Shown: positions 1 to 10,417, counted from the stretch's first letter. The stretch is DNA of 32,000 nt from Vibrio alginolyticus NBRC 15630 = ATCC 17749 (GCF_000354175.2 NC_022349.1:3000001-3032000); one strand, 5' to 3'. Numbers and translations: made by a program. Notes: a model not told the origin generated them from the sequence alone.

Positions 1-1
1 C

Positions 2-391
2 ATGCTTTACCGCCACCCATTCCCAGGTCCTGGTCTAGGTGTTCGTGTTCTTGGTGAAATCAAGAAAGAGTACTGTGACTTGCTACGCCGTGCTGATGCT
101 ATCTTTATTGAAGAGCTTCACGCTGCAGACCTATATGACAAAGTATCTCAAGCGTTCACGGTATTCCTACCAGTACGTTCTGTTGGTGTAATGGGCGATG
201 GCCGTAAATACGACTGGGTTGTATCACTGCGTGCAGTAGAAACCATCGACTTTATGACGGCACACTGGGCGCACCTACCATACGACTTCCTAGGTAAGGT
301 ATCTAACCGTATTATCAACGAAGTTGATGGCATTTCTCGTGTTGTTTACGACATTTCTGGTAAGCCACCAGCGACTATCGAGTGGGAATGA
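2..391 (+). CDS. guaA: GMP synthase (glutamine-hydrolysing), C-terminal fragment; 5' end is outside the window
   Basis: The ORF runs off the left edge. The translation ends ...[65 protein letters not shown], the conserved GuaA C-terminus. A hairpin terminator follows. Confidence 0.9.
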   Translation: MLYRHPFPGPGLGVRVLGEIKKEYCDLLRRADAIFIEELHAADLYDKVSQAFTVFLPVRSVGVMGDGRKYDWVVSLRAVETIDFMTAHWAHLPYDFLGKVSNRIINEVDGISRVVYDISGKPPATIEWE

Positions 392-420
392 TTTTCCTCT
401 AGACAGTTGAGTTTATAAGA

Positions 421-445
421 ACCAGCCTTCGGGCTGGTTTTTTTG
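421..445 (+). terminator. Rho-independent terminator after guaA
   Basis: ACCAGCC-TTCG-GGCTGGT hairpin followed by a T-run. Confidence 0.75.
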
Positions 446-556
446 TACTTCAAGTTTGTGAAGAGGTGGCTCAACTTTTTTGTGAGAGATATATACATGC
501 GGTTAAATTAAATATATATTCATTTTAATTGTTTAATTATCATAAATGGTATTGCT

Positions 557-2080
557 ATGGAACAGGCTGACGTTACCTCTCTCATTCCCATCCTTATTAC
601 TCTTTTCCTCGCGCTGACCACAAGAAATGTCGTTGTTGGTTTATTCGCGGGTGTGGTGAGTGGTGTCGCTATGCTCGAAGGGACATTTGTCGAAAAAGGG
701 CCACTAGACTCGTTTAGTGCACTGATGAAAAGCTATCTACTGCCGCAATTAACTGACAGCTACAATGCGGGCGTCATTTTGCTCTTGGTCTTTATTGGTG
801 GCTTTGTTGCCTTGATGGAGAAATCTGGCGGTGGTGTGGCGTTTGCTAAAAAGGTTACTCAATGGGTTGCGAGTAAATGCCAAGCTCAACTGTCCGCATG
901 GTTCGGTGGTGTGGTTATTTTCTTCTCAGACCTTGGTACACCACTGATTGTTGGCCCTGTTTTTCGCCCTTTATTTGATAAGTTAAAAGTATCACGCCAA
1001 AAATTAGCTTTTATTATCGACTCTACTTCCTCTCCCGTCGCAATCTTGATCCCTTTTATCGGATGGGGCGTTTACATCATGGGATTGATTCAAAAAGAGT
1101 TTACTGCCCTGAATGTCAGTATGAGTGATTGGGATGCTTTCATTGGTGCGATCCCGTATCAGTTTTACGCCTTTCTTGCGATCGCGATTGTGCCGATTGT
1201 CTCTTTCTTCAAATTAGATTTCGGACCGATGGCGAAGGCTGAACAACTAGCAGAGCAGGGCTCCGACTTTGGGAAAGTGCAGGAGTCCATGAATGTGTTT
1301 ACGCATAAAAATGCAAAATCTAGTTTTGTATGGGCACCTTTGCTCGTTATGCTGGTGGTTCTATGTACCATCCTCGTGCCACACGGTTTTCCATTTCAAA
1401 AAGTGGCAGGATCAACGTTTAGAGCTGCACTTTCTTCTGCATATTTCTTTGCGGCCTTCACTTTAATTGCGCTGATGGCGTTTTATGGCGTAAGAAAGCT
1501 TTCGGATGGTATTCAGGTTTATCTGAAAGGGATGTCAAACATGATGTCAGTGGCGGTGATTCTGGTATTGGCTTGGGCGCTTAGCTCGGTTGGGAAAGAA
1601 TTAGGTGCAGCTGCATACATTGCTGAACAAGCTCAAGCCGGTTTCCCTTACTGGTTATTGCCAGCGGTTGCGTTTTTACTGGCCGGTATTATCTCGTTCG
1701 CTACGGGATCATCTTGGGGGACGTTTGCCATCATGATGCCATTAGTGATCCCAACTGCCGTCGCGATTGATGCACCACTGTTGGTTTGTATTGGTGCGGT
1801 ATTATCTGGTGGCTTGTTTGGCGATCACTGTTCTCCCATCTCTGAAACTACGATTTTGTCGTCGACAGGAGCGGGGTGTGAACAGTATGAGCACTTCCGT
1901 ACACAATTACCTTACGCATTACTCAATGGAATGATCGCATTGGGGTGTTTTCTTTTAGCTGGAATCAACGCCTCACCAGTGATTGTGCTTGCCGCAATTA
2001 TTTCTCAGTGTGTGGTTTATTTTGTGCTGTCTAAACAAAAGTCAACCGCGAAGCTAGAGGTGGTTTCGGCAGAACAATAA
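557..2080 (+). CDS. NhaC-family Na+/H+ antiporter-like membrane transporter
   Basis: 507-aa polytopic hydrophobic ORF. N-terminus (IPILITLFLALTTRNVVVGLFAGV) and C-terminal half (SWGTFAIMMPL...GDHCSPISETTILSS) are typical of the NhaC family. Confidence 0.8.
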   Translation: MEQADVTSLIPILITLFLALTTRNVVVGLFAGVVSGVAMLEGTFVEKGPLDSFSALMKSYLLPQLTDSYNAGVILLLVFIGGFVALMEKSGGGVAFAKKVTQWVASKCQAQLSAWFGGVVIFFSDLGTPLIVGPVFRPLFDKLKVSRQKLAFIIDSTSSPVAILIPFIGWGVYIMGLIQKEFTALNVSMSDWDAFIGAIPYQFYAFLAIAIVPIVSFFKLDFGPMAKAEQLAEQGSDFGKVQESMNVFTHKNAKSSFVWAPLLVMLVVLCTILVPHGFPFQKVAGSTFRAALSSAYFFAAFTLIALMAFYGVRKLSDGIQVYLKGMSNMMSVAVILVLAWALSSVGKELGAAAYIAEQAQAGFPYWLLPAVAFLLAGIISFATGSSWGTFAIMMPLVIPTAVAIDAPLLVCIGAVLSGGLFGDHCSPISETTILSSTGAGCEQYEHFRTQLPYALLNGMIALGCFLLAGINASPVIVLAAIISQCVVYFVLSKQKSTAKLEVVSAEQ

Positions 2081-2097
2081 AGAGAGAAACATCACAA

Positions 2098-2130
2098 AGC
2101 GGAGGCTCATAGGGTCTCCGCTTTTCTTTT
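2098..2130 (+). terminator. Rho-independent terminator after the transporter
   Basis: AGCGGAGGC...GTCTCCGCT hairpin followed by TTTCTTTT. Confidence 0.65.
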
Positions 2131-2292
2131 GAGTCAAGGTAACATTTTTCTTGTGACAAAATGTGTGTGAGGACCTATTTATTCATTTTGTCTCGCAGAA
2201 TCAACGTACTTGGCTCGGTGTTTCGTATATATGATCCACTATATGTCTAGTTATTCCTCGTATATTGTATTGTTGAAATCCGGAGACTAGAC

Positions 2293-3996
2293 ATGTTTGC
2301 ACTCAAACATCTTCCTCTTGCATTGAGTTGTGTCTTAGCAGCACAAGTGAATGCGAGTATGAATATTCAGCCCGATCCGCAAAATCCGAATGGTTATGTT
2401 ATTGCTCGTGGTGACGTTCAAGCCGTAGAGCAAAGCAAAACTTCTGATCCTATGTATGCCATTTGGTCACAAGCATTAGAGACACGCCCGAACTCAGTGG
2501 TTGAAGCGATTGTTCCAGGGGCGACAACCAACCCAGAAAACGTGAAGCGTGTAGAGCGTGTATTCCCCGAAAGTGAGTGGGACTTCCTGACTCAAATGGC
2601 GGCACCTGAATACACTTACACGCGTTTCCTACGTGCAATTGGTAAGTTCCCTGCATTCTGTGGTGAGTACACAGACGGTCGTGATTCGGATGCAATTTGT
2701 AAAAAATCGATCGTGACAGCGTTTGCTCACTTTGCACAAGAAACCGGTGGCCATATTTCGATTGATAACGTATCGGATAATCCGCTAGGGTTGGAAGAGT
2801 GGCAGCAAGCTTTGGTTCATGTGCGAGAAATGGGATGGTCTGAAGGGCAAGAAGGTTACACAACAGGTTGTGGTCAAAATGACTGGCAAAACAAACGCTG
2901 GCCATGTGAACCTGGACAAGGTTACTTTGGACGTGGTGCAAAACAGCTTTCTTACCATTTTAACTATGGCGCGTTCTCTGAAGTGATGTTTGATGGCGAT
3001 GCATCTGTATTGCTGAAAAATCCAGGCTTGGTTGCGGATTCGTGGCTGAACTTAGCATCGGCTATCTGGTTCTTCCTAACCCCACAAGCACCGAAACCTG
3101 CAATGCTACATGTGATTGACCGTACTTGGGGGCCTTCACAGCGTGAGCTTGATGCTGGCATTGGTTACGGCTTTGGTACCACCATCAACGTGATCAATGG
3201 TGGTATTGAGTGTGGGGAGCAAAACAAAGATAAAGGTCAACCTGTTAACCGTATTCGTTATTGGGAAGGTCTTGCCGCCCATTATCAAATTCCAATTGAA
3301 GCCGATGAGACCAATACCTGTTGGCAGCAGACGCCTTACGGCAGTCTGAACCTAAATGGTGCGACAGACGTGCTTTACACCAACTGGGATGGTAACTGGA
3401 AATACTACTCAGATCGTCCTGGAGGTCACTCATTTGAATGTGAGCTTGTTGGTTTCCAAACGGCTTACTCTGCGCTAGTTGCGGGTGATTATGAGAAATG
3501 TGTAACTAACTTCTACCAATCTCATGCGGGTTGGCCAGAAGTTCGTGTAGTTGACAAGTTAGACTCTGTGGATCCGGTTGAGCCGCCTGTAGGTGGTGTG
3601 GCAGCTTGGGATTCTGGCAAAGTATATAACACGGGTGATCAAGTTTCTTACCAAGGTGCTGTTTACGAAGCGAAATGGTGGTCACAAGGTAATGAGCCAA
3701 CGAAAGGAGACCCGTGGAAGCTGGTTTCAGGCACTCCTACGGAGCCGCCTACAACGGAACCTGAACCACCGGTGACTGAGCCAGAGCCGCCCGTCACAGA
3801 ACCTGAGCCGCCAGTAACCGAGCCAGAACCACCAGTGACAGGCAATTTTATTCAGTGGGAGCCGGGTGTAACGCAAGTCGCTAACGGCGATAAAGTGACG
3901 TACCAAAACAAATGTTTTGTTGCGAAAAATGGCCCAGGAGTGTGGGAAAGCCCAACGCAAAGCAACTGGTTCTGGGACGAGATTTCTTGTCAGTGA
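2293..3996 (+). CDS. Secreted glycoside hydrolase family 19 chitinase with two C-terminal chitin-binding (ChtBD3-like) domains
   Basis: Signal peptide ([21 protein letters not shown]). GH19 signatures [10 protein letters not shown] and [14 protein letters not shown]. Two aromatic-rich carbohydrate-binding modules ([33 protein letters not shown]; [27 protein letters not shown]) separated by a TEPEPPV x4 linker. Confidence 0.85.
   Translation: MFALKHLPLALSCVLAAQVNASMNIQPDPQNPNGYVIARGDVQAVEQSKTSDPMYAIWSQALETRPNSVVEAIVPGATTNPENVKRVERVFPESEWDFLTQMAAPEYTYTRFLRAIGKFPAFCGEYTDGRDSDAICKKSIVTAFAHFAQETGGHISIDNVSDNPLGLEEWQQALVHVREMGWSEGQEGYTTGCGQNDWQNKRWPCEPGQGYFGRGAKQLSYHFNYGAFSEVMFDGDASVLLKNPGLVADSWLNLASAIWFFLTPQAPKPAMLHVIDRTWGPSQRELDAGIGYGFGTTINVINGGIECGEQNKDKGQPVNRIRYWEGLAAHYQIPIEADETNTCWQQTPYGSLNLNGATDVLYTNWDGNWKYYSDRPGGHSFECELVGFQTAYSALVAGDYEKCVTNFYQSHAGWPEVRVVDKLDSVDPVEPPVGGVAAWDSGKVYNTGDQVSYQGAVYEAKWWSQGNEPTKGDPWKLVSGTPTEPPTTEPEPPVTEPEPPVTEPEPPVTEPEPPVTGNFIQWEPGVTQVANGDKVTYQNKCFVAKNGPGVWESPTQSNWFWDEISCQ
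3754..3837 (+). repeat. 4 x 21-bp in-frame tandem repeat encoding the (TEPEPPV)4 inter-domain linker of the chitinase
   Basis: Four consecutive 21-nt units (3754, 3775, 3796, 3817) with synonymous variation. They translate to identical heptapeptides. Confidence 0.95.
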
Positions 3997-4026
3997 TCGA
4001 GTGAAAAACAACCTAACCATCTATAA

Positions 4027-4057
4027 AGACTCTGCTTTTTTGCAGGGTCTTTTTTTA
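4027..4057 (+). terminator. Rho-independent terminator after the chitinase
   Basis: AGACTCTGC-TTTTTT-GCAGGGTCT hairpin (one mismatch) followed by T7. Confidence 0.65.
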
Positions 4058-4178
4058 TATATGTAGTGGTTTATTTATGGAATCTAAGTTTTCAATAACA
4101 GCTTTTCTCTTTTGTTCTGCAGCCCATTAAAATTCGCGCGCATTTTTTATCAACATTTTTGAAAAAAGGTATTTGTAC

Positions 4179-4769
4179 ATGTCGACAAAACTGGCTAACC
4201 CAGCACCGCTAGGTCTTATGGGTTTCGGTATGACCACTATTCTGCTCAATATTCATAATGCAGGATTTTTCCCAATTGACTCTATGATTCTAGCGATGGG
4301 CATCTTTTACGGTGGCCTTAGCCAAGTAATCGTTGGCATCATGTGCTTTAAACGCGGTGATACATTCGGCACAACTGCGTTTACTTCTTACGGTCTATTT
4401 TGGCTAACATTGGTTGGTCTAATCGTAATGCCTCACATGGGTCTTCCTGCAAGCCCTGCAAGCTTTATGGGTTGGTACCTAGCGCTTTGGGGCATCTTCA
4501 CTGGTTTCATGTTCATTGGTTCTCTATGTTACCCAACAGCGAAGCAAGTGGTATTTGGCTCTCTAACTATCCTGTTCTTCTTGCTTGCTGCTCGTGATTT
4601 CACTGGTAGCGAAGTGATCGGTGCTATCGCTGGCTTCGAGGGTATCTTCTGTGGCGCAAGTGCAATTTACTTCGCAATGGCACAAGTACTGAACAACGAA
4701 TTTGGTCGTGAAGTGTTACCTGTAGGTAAAGCAAAAATCGCTCGTAAAGTTGAAGCGGTTATCGCCTAA
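4179..4769 (+). CDS. satP: Succinate-acetate/proton symporter (GPR1/FUN34/YaaH family)
   Basis: MSTKLANPAPLGLMGFGMTTILLNIHNAG matches the conserved SatP/YaaH N-terminus with six predicted TM segments. I start at the ATG at 4179 (AAGG 7-8 nt upstream) rather than the TTG at 4173 in the ORF track. Confidence 0.85.
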   Translation: MSTKLANPAPLGLMGFGMTTILLNIHNAGFFPIDSMILAMGIFYGGLSQVIVGIMCFKRGDTFGTTAFTSYGLFWLTLVGLIVMPHMGLPASPASFMGWYLALWGIFTGFMFIGSLCYPTAKQVVFGSLTILFFLLAARDFTGSEVIGAIAGFEGIFCGASAIYFAMAQVLNNEFGREVLPVGKAKIARKVEAVIA

Positions 4770-4791
4770 GCTGCTACTCATAATGAAGAAA

Positions 4792-4826
4792 GGGGGATTA
4801 ACCATTGGTTAATCCCCCTTTTTTAT
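4792..4826. terminator. Bidirectional hairpin terminator between convergent satP and the symporter gene
   Basis: GGGGGATTAACC-ATTG-GTTAATCCCCC perfect stem, flanked by an A-run upstream and a T-run downstream. Confidence 0.8.
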
Positions 4827-4869
4827 GTCCTCAATCGGACCACTGCTTTTTCTTATTTATGTGATAACG

Positions 4870-6417
4870 CTATGTTGATGGTTGCTCAACAGTTTCTGCG
4901 CTATTGCTGTCTGCCGTTGGTGCTTTACCCGTTTTACGTCGGTACTTATCTTCCCAGTAATCTGCGCCTTTAATGCCCAGTGCAACAGGGTTAAATGTAA
5001 AATCGGTCACACCACGTTTTTGTTGCTCTTCGTAGTCGTTCAGTGCTTTGAGTGCAGGCTTCGACATAAAGAAGATGATCAAAATACCGATGATGTTTAG
5101 CCACGCCATCAGTCCTACGCCTACATCACCCATCGCCCATGCTAAGTTGGCGGTTTTCACGGTTCCGTAGAACACGGATGAAATAATGATGACTTTCAGA
5201 ATAAACATCAGTCCATTTACTTTGAACGTACGACGAATGTAAGCAATGTTCGTTTCTGCAATGTAGTAGTAAGCCAGAATGGTCGTAAACGCGAAGAAGA
5301 ATAGAGCGATTGCGATGAATGGTTTACCCACGCCAGGTAGTGCGCTTTCGATCGCCATCTGTGTAAACACAGGACCATTTGCACCAATATCCGCTGGTAG
5401 GTTTTGAACCAGGAATGTACCTTCAATCGCACCATTTACGTTGTACGCGCCAGTGATAAGAATCATGAACGCGGTTGCTGAACACACAAGTAGTGTATCG
5501 ATGTAAATAGAGAAAGATTGAACAAGACCTTGCTGAGCTGGGTGATCAACACTCGCTGCTGCTGCTGCGTGAGGACCAGTACCTTGACCTGCTTCGTTGG
5601 AGTAGACACCACGTTTTACACCCCAGCCGATTGCTGCACCAACGCCTGCCATTGGTGTGAATGCGTCACCAATGATCATGCCGAAAATGCGTGGAACCTC
5701 ACCAATGTTTAGAAGGATGATGACAAACGCAGTAATGATGTAAGCTAACGCCATAAATGGCACAACGACTTGGGTAAAGTTCGCGATACGCTTTACGCCA
5801 CCAAAAATGATGAAAGCCAAAATGACACAAACAACCGTACCAGTGAAAATTTTAGCAAAACTGAAGGTACCAATAGCGGTTTCAATCATGTCACCTGAGC
5901 CAAATGCGGCTTCTACTGCGTTACCGATACTGTTCGATTGAACGCCAGGAAGTAGAACACCACAAGCAAAGATGGTCGCGATAGCAAAGATCCAAGCGTA
6001 CCATTTTTGTCCCATTGCTTTCTCAATATAGTAAGCAGGGCCACCACGGAACTCGCCTTCGTCTTCTTCTTTATAAATTTGTGCAAGTGTTGATTCTGCG
6101 TATGCGGTTGCAGCGCCAAAGAAGGCTACGACCCACATCCAGAATACGGCGCCTGGGCCACCGAAACCGATAGCAGCAGCAACACCAGCAATGTTACCTG
6201 TACCTACACGGCCAGACAGTGAAACGGCAAGTGCCTGAAATGATGATATCCCTTTTGTTGAACTCTTCCCTGAAAGTAATAAGCGCCACATCTCAAAGAA
6301 GTGACGAATTTGTACAAAACGCGTCATGATTGAATAGAACAAACCTGCGCCAAGGCACAAATAGATCAGTACCGGGCTCCAAATAATTCCATTCAGAAAA
6401 TCAACTAATGACTGCAT
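4870..6417 (-). CDS. Alanine/glycine:cation (Na+) symporter, AGCS family
   Basis: Polytopic protein beginning MQSLVDFLNGIIWSPVLIYLCLGAGLFYS, with AGCS-typical GRVGTGNIAGVA and GPGAVFWMW motifs. Start moved to the ATG at 6417, which has an AGGGA Shine-Dalgarno 7 nt upstream; the longer track ORF (to 6486) lacks one. Confidence 0.85.
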   Translation of the reverse strand: MQSLVDFLNGIIWSPVLIYLCLGAGLFYSIMTRFVQIRHFFEMWRLLLSGKSSTKGISSFQALAVSLSGRVGTGNIAGVAAAIGFGGPGAVFWMWVVAFFGAATAYAESTLAQIYKEEDEGEFRGGPAYYIEKAMGQKWYAWIFAIATIFACGVLLPGVQSNSIGNAVEAAFGSGDMIETAIGTFSFAKIFTGTVVCVILAFIIFGGVKRIANFTQVVVPFMALAYIITAFVIILLNIGEVPRIFGMIIGDAFTPMAGVGAAIGWGVKRGVYSNEAGQGTGPHAAAAASVDHPAQQGLVQSFSIYIDTLLVCSATAFMILITGAYNVNGAIEGTFLVQNLPADIGANGPVFTQMAIESALPGVGKPFIAIALFFFAFTTILAYYYIAETNIAYIRRTFKVNGLMFILKVIIISSVFYGTVKTANLAWAMGDVGVGLMAWLNIIGILIIFFMSKPALKALNDYEEQQKRGVTDFTFNPVALGIKGADYWEDKYRRKTGKAPTADSNSAETVEQPST

Positions 6418-6502
6418 GAGTATTTTCCCTGTTAGTTGTGTTTGTGGTTGTTTTTCACACAATACATTACCCTTTATGTAATGCAATTGTTAACTTTTTT
6501 AG

Positions 6503-6521
6503 CTACAAATCCTTTGTAGCG
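6503..6521. promoter_or_regulatory. Perfect 8-bp palindrome (GCTACAAA-TCC-TTTGTAGC) about 85 bp upstream of the symporter start; possible operator
   Basis: Seen directly. Its position in the 5' region of the minus-strand symporter gene is suggestive only. Confidence 0.25.
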
Positions 6522-6617
6522 TGATGATGAACACAGAATGGAGAGTAGTTGTTAAAATTTGGTTCTTGTTGCTTATTTGCTCCTTTTAGGTAGAAGATTT
6601 GCTTGATGATTAATTAT

Positions 6618-6645
6618 GCAGCACATTGTCATTTAAATGTGCTGC
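6618..6645. terminator. Strong hairpin downstream of dadA (10-bp perfect stem); probable terminator
   Basis: GCAGCACATT-GTCATTTA-AATGTGCTGC. The T-tract is weak on the minus strand, and GATTTTG follows on the plus strand. Confidence 0.45.
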
Positions 6646-6724
6646 GATTTTGATGAGTTAAAAATGCCAGTGGTTATGCATTTTGTGGAGTAAGTGTCTG
6701 CCTGTTTTTTGTTCAGTCATGTCC

Positions 6725-7981
6725 TCAGGCGTAACGACAAAGGTTAAGCTCCGCATTATCCATCACTTTTGTTTTTTCACCTTTCATTACGCTTGCTAGC
6801 AATTGACCTGAACCACAAGCCATCGTCCAACCCAGAGTTCCGTGTCCGGTGTTAGTAAAAAGGTTATCGTATTTAGTCGCGCCGATAATTGGTGTGCCAT
6901 CAGGCGTCATTGGCCTAAAGCCGCTCCAAAACTCAGCTTGGCTGAAGTCACCACAACGAGGAAAAAGATCACGGATGACCATTTCGATGGTGTTTTTGCG
7001 CTTTTGTGGAAGGGAAGCATCAAACCCTGCTAATTCTGCGGTGCCAGCTACGCGAATTCGGTCATCAAATCGAGTCATAGCGACTTTGTAGGTTTCATCC
7101 ATCACAGTAGATCGAGGAGAGAAGTGTTCATCTTCCATCGGGATGGTGAGTGAATAGCCTTTGACAGGGTAGACCGGAATATCAATATCGAGTTGCTTGA
7201 GTAGCGCTGTAGAGTAGCTGCCAGAGGCCACCACATATTGGTCTGCTTTAAATTGTCCTCGGTTCGTTTGGACACCTATGATCTTTTTACCTACTGTAAC
7301 CCAATTGCTTACTTCAGTATCGAACTCAAATCGGACACCGTGTGCCTTAGCAAGCTCCGTTAGTTGTTGGCAAAATTGATGGCAATCGCCCGTTTCGTCA
7401 TCAGGTAGATGCAAGCCACCAACCAGTTTGTCTTTCACAAGTGCAAGCCCTGGCTCTTGTTCAATACATTGTTCGACGTCCATTAGCTTAAATCGGGTTC
7501 CGCTTTGTTCAAGGAGCTGCATGTCCTTTTCAATAGCTTGCAGCTGTTGATGTGTTCGGAATACTTGCAAGGTCCCAAACTGACGTCCTTGATACTCAAT
7601 GGCGTGTTCTTGGCGTAACTGTTCTAAGCAAATACGGCTGTGGTTAGCGATCGAAAGCATGCGAGCCTTGTTAACTTGATAGCGAGGTAGGGTGCAGTTC
7701 GCGACCATTTTACTCGCCCAGCGGATCATGTCGGCATTCAGAGTGGGTTTGATTTTAAGTGGAGCATGCTCCTCCATTAACCACTTAATGGCTTTAACAG
7801 GAACACCAGGCGCAGCCCAAGGCGAAGAATAGCCATATGAGATCTGCCCGGCATTGGCGAAGCTCGTTTCCATGGCACTGCTTGGTTGGCGGTCAATGAC
7901 GGTAACTTGATAGCCTGCTTGAGATAAATACCAAGCAGAGGTTAAGCCGATAACGCCGCTGCCTAATACGATGACTTCCAT
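6725..7981 (-). CDS. dadA: D-amino acid dehydrogenase (FAD-dependent)
   Basis: MEVIVLGSGVIGLTSAWYLSQAGYQVTVIDRQ...ETSFANAGQISYGYSSPWAAPGVPVKAIKW closely parallels E. coli DadA. Start placed at the conserved Met (ATG at 7981); the 70-aa upstream extension in the track is rejected. Confidence 0.88.
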   Translation of the reverse strand: MEVIVLGSGVIGLTSAWYLSQAGYQVTVIDRQPSSAMETSFANAGQISYGYSSPWAAPGVPVKAIKWLMEEHAPLKIKPTLNADMIRWASKMVANCTLPRYQVNKARMLSIANHSRICLEQLRQEHAIEYQGRQFGTLQVFRTHQQLQAIEKDMQLLEQSGTRFKLMDVEQCIEQEPGLALVKDKLVGGLHLPDDETGDCHQFCQQLTELAKAHGVRFEFDTEVSNWVTVGKKIIGVQTNRGQFKADQYVVASGSYSTALLKQLDIDIPVYPVKGYSLTIPMEDEHFSPRSTVMDETYKVAMTRFDDRIRVAGTAELAGFDASLPQKRKNTIEMVIRDLFPRCGDFSQAEFWSGFRPMTPDGTPIIGATKYDNLFTNTGHGTLGWTMACGSGQLLASVMKGEKTKVMDNAELNLCRYA

Positions 7982-8087
7982 TGATGCACTCCACACATTT
8001 ATCAGAGTGCTCAGTTTCTTTTCTTTACCTTTTGTTAACAATCGATATAAATTACACACAGCGTTTAGAAAAACTATAGGCTCAAGG

Positions 8088-8999
8088 ATGAAAAGTAATC
8101 TGATAAGTGGCTTGTGTCTATTTAGCCAAGTCGCGGAGTACAACAGCTTTACTGGTGCTGCAAGACATTTACACCTCACCACTGGTGCCATAAGCCAACA
8201 AATTATTCATTTGGAAGCGTTATTAGGTTTTACTTTATTTGAACGCCACTCTCGCGGTACTCGTTTAACCGTAAAAGGCACTCAGTTACACCAAGCGACG
8301 CAGTTTCACTTTTCGGAACTGAGCAAATTGCTTGATGAGCTCAAAGTAGAAAAACAAACCAATGAAATTCGTTTGAAGTTGACGCCTTCTTTTGCTTTCA
8401 AATGGTTAGTCCCAAAGCTCGAAAGCTTCCATCATGATAATCCGGATATCCAAGTACAAATCTTTGCGGAAGGTGCGCTGGTAAATAGTGAGATAAAAGA
8501 CTATGACGTCGCAATTGACTATGGTCTTCATCCTTATAGAAATGCTAACGCGGAGCTGATTTTGGATGAGCATCTGCTGCCGGTGATGAGTCCAAAATAC
8601 CTTGAGGATCATGGCTGGCTAAAAACGTTGCTTGGTGAACAAAAAACCTCAATGCCAGTGAAGCAATGGCAAGAGGCGACGCTACTACACGATGCGATGC
8701 CATGGGAAAAAGCGACGCGTGACTATGAGTGGCTATATTGGGCGTCAGCGATGGGGTTGGATTTTAAAACCGATATCGGACACTTTTTTAATCGAACGGA
8801 TATGGCGATGTCTGCAGCCGAAGCAGGCGTTGGGATTGCGATGGCACGAATGGCACTGATTGAGGATGAATTGACGACAGAGCGTTTGGTTTCTCCATTC
8901 AAACCGATTCCTGCCAATGCAGGGTATTACTTGATCATGAACACACGTACGAATGCGACAGAAACGTTTCGTCACTGGTTACTTGGACAGTTGAATTAG
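8088..8999 (+). CDS. LysR-family transcriptional regulator (GcvA-like), divergent from dadA
   Basis: N-terminal wHTH (FSQVAEYNSFTGAARHLHLTTGAISQQIIHLEALLGFTLFERHSRGTRLT) plus a LysR substrate-binding domain. ATG at 8088 is preceded by AAGGA; the track's upstream extension overlaps dadA and is rejected. Confidence 0.82.
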   Translation: MKSNLISGLCLFSQVAEYNSFTGAARHLHLTTGAISQQIIHLEALLGFTLFERHSRGTRLTVKGTQLHQATQFHFSELSKLLDELKVEKQTNEIRLKLTPSFAFKWLVPKLESFHHDNPDIQVQIFAEGALVNSEIKDYDVAIDYGLHPYRNANAELILDEHLLPVMSPKYLEDHGWLKTLLGEQKTSMPVKQWQEATLLHDAMPWEKATRDYEWLYWASAMGLDFKTDIGHFFNRTDMAMSAAEAGVGIAMARMALIEDELTTERLVSPFKPIPANAGYYLIMNTRTNATETFRHWLLGQLN

Positions 9000-9116
9000 C
9001 GTTTTATCTCTGTGATTCATCCCTACGTTATTTGTTGAAAAATTGGGCAATATAAGTTTTAAGCAAGGTAAGTGCTTTGCTTGCCGCTATTTGAGTGATG
9101 AAAGACAGGGAAGAAC

Positions 9117-10385
9117 ATGAAAGACGAAACGCTATCCATCCATTTTGGTTACGAAACTGACCCTACCACTAAATCTGTCGCGACGCCGATTTATCAAACA
9201 GTCGCGTACGAGTTTGACAACGCGCAGCACGGCGCTGATCTGTTTAACTTGGAAGTGCCTGGGAATATCTACACTCGCATCATGAATCCGACTAACGATG
9301 TTCTGGAAAAACGCATGGCGGCGTTAGAAGGCGGCATTGCTGGATTGGTCGTGAGTGCGGGGAGTGCAGCGATTAACTATGCAATTCTGACCTTAGCGCA
9401 AGCGGGCGATAACATCGTTTCTACGCCGCAACTTTATGGCGGTACTTATACCTTGTTTGCGCACATGCTCCCAAATCAAGGTATTCAGGTGAAGTTTGCT
9501 AAAGATGACAAGCCAGAAAGTTTGGCCGAATTAATTGATGAAAATACCAAAGCGGTGTACTGCGAGAGCATTGGTAACCCTGCGGGTAATATCATCGATT
9601 TAGAACGTGTGGCGGAGCTTGCTCATGCACAAGGCGTACCTGTGATTGTGGATAACACCGTTGCGACGCCAGTGCTTTGCAAACCCATCGAATTTGGTGC
9701 GGATATCGTAGTTCACTCTCTCACTAAATACGTTGGTGGGCATGGCACCACATTAGGTGGCGTGATTGTGGATTCAGGTAAATTCCCTTGGGCGCAGCAC
9801 AAAGACCGCTTTCCTGTTTTCAACCAACCAGAACCTTCTTACCACGGCGTGGTGTATACCGAAGCGTTTGGTGAGGCGGCATTTATCGGGCGTGCGCGTA
9901 CCGTACCACTGCGTAATACCGGAGCCGCATTATCACCGATGAATGCATTTATGCTTATGCAAGGGCTAGAAACGTTACCGCTGCGCATGGAGCGCCATAC
10001 CGAGAACACACTCAAAGTGGCTGAATTCTTGGAACAGAATGACAAAGTCAGTTGGGTAAGTTATGCCGGATTACCAAGTTCTGAACACTTTCATCTCGCC
10101 GAAAAATACATGAAAGGTAAGCCTTCTGCGATTTTGTCGTTTGGTTTAAAAGATGGTTATGACGCTGGTGTGCGTTTTTATGATGCTTTGAAAATCTTTA
10201 AGCGTTTGGTGAACATTGGCGATGCAAAATCATTGGCTTGCCATCCTGCATCGACGACTCATCGTCAATTGAGCGAAGCAGAACAAAAACAAGCTGGTGT
10301 GTCTCCAGAGATGATTCGTTTATCGGTGGGTATTGAACATATTGACGATATTCTAGCCGATTTAGAACAGGCACTAAACGCGTAA
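9117..10385 (+). CDS. metY: O-acetylhomoserine sulfhydrylase / aminocarboxypropyltransferase (Cys/Met-metabolism PLP enzyme)
   Basis: MKDETLSIHFGYETDPTTKSVATPIYQTVAYEF...NPTNDVLEKRMAALEGG, PLP-lysine motif HSLTKYVGGHG, and C-terminal PASTTHRQL. Typical MetY/MetZ family. Confidence 0.85.
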   Translation: MKDETLSIHFGYETDPTTKSVATPIYQTVAYEFDNAQHGADLFNLEVPGNIYTRIMNPTNDVLEKRMAALEGGIAGLVVSAGSAAINYAILTLAQAGDNIVSTPQLYGGTYTLFAHMLPNQGIQVKFAKDDKPESLAELIDENTKAVYCESIGNPAGNIIDLERVAELAHAQGVPVIVDNTVATPVLCKPIEFGADIVVHSLTKYVGGHGTTLGGVIVDSGKFPWAQHKDRFPVFNQPEPSYHGVVYTEAFGEAAFIGRARTVPLRNTGAALSPMNAFMLMQGLETLPLRMERHTENTLKVAEFLEQNDKVSWVSYAGLPSSEHFHLAEKYMKGKPSAILSFGLKDGYDAGVRFYDALKIFKRLVNIGDAKSLACHPASTTHRQLSEAEQKQAGVSPEMIRLSVGIEHIDDILADLEQALNA

Positions 10386-10417
10386 AACGATTCTTTTTTT
10401 AGCTTTGGGTTACCCAT

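Noticed and set aside
2450-2941. 163-aa minus-strand ORF, plus other antisense ORFs at 2964-3161, 3245-3433, 3506-3700 and 3727-4020
   Set aside because: All lie embedded antisense in the GH19 chitinase gene. Their composition is low-complexity or unbiased, with no Shine-Dalgarno and no recognisable motifs.
3663-3845. 60-aa minus-strand ORF encoding (GGSGSVT)n
   Set aside because: It is the antisense translation of the chitinase TEPEPPV linker repeat. It has no independent start signals and lies entirely inside a well-supported gene.
7971-8087. Long N-terminal extensions of track ORFs (LysR from 7971; dadA to 8191; aminotransferase from 10456; symporter to 6486; ratA from 28289; rnfH from 28755; recombinase from 22502)
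   Set aside because: The extensions overlap neighbouring genes or promoters and lack ribosome-binding sites. The conserved family N-termini begin at internal Met codons that do have Shine-Dalgarno sequences.
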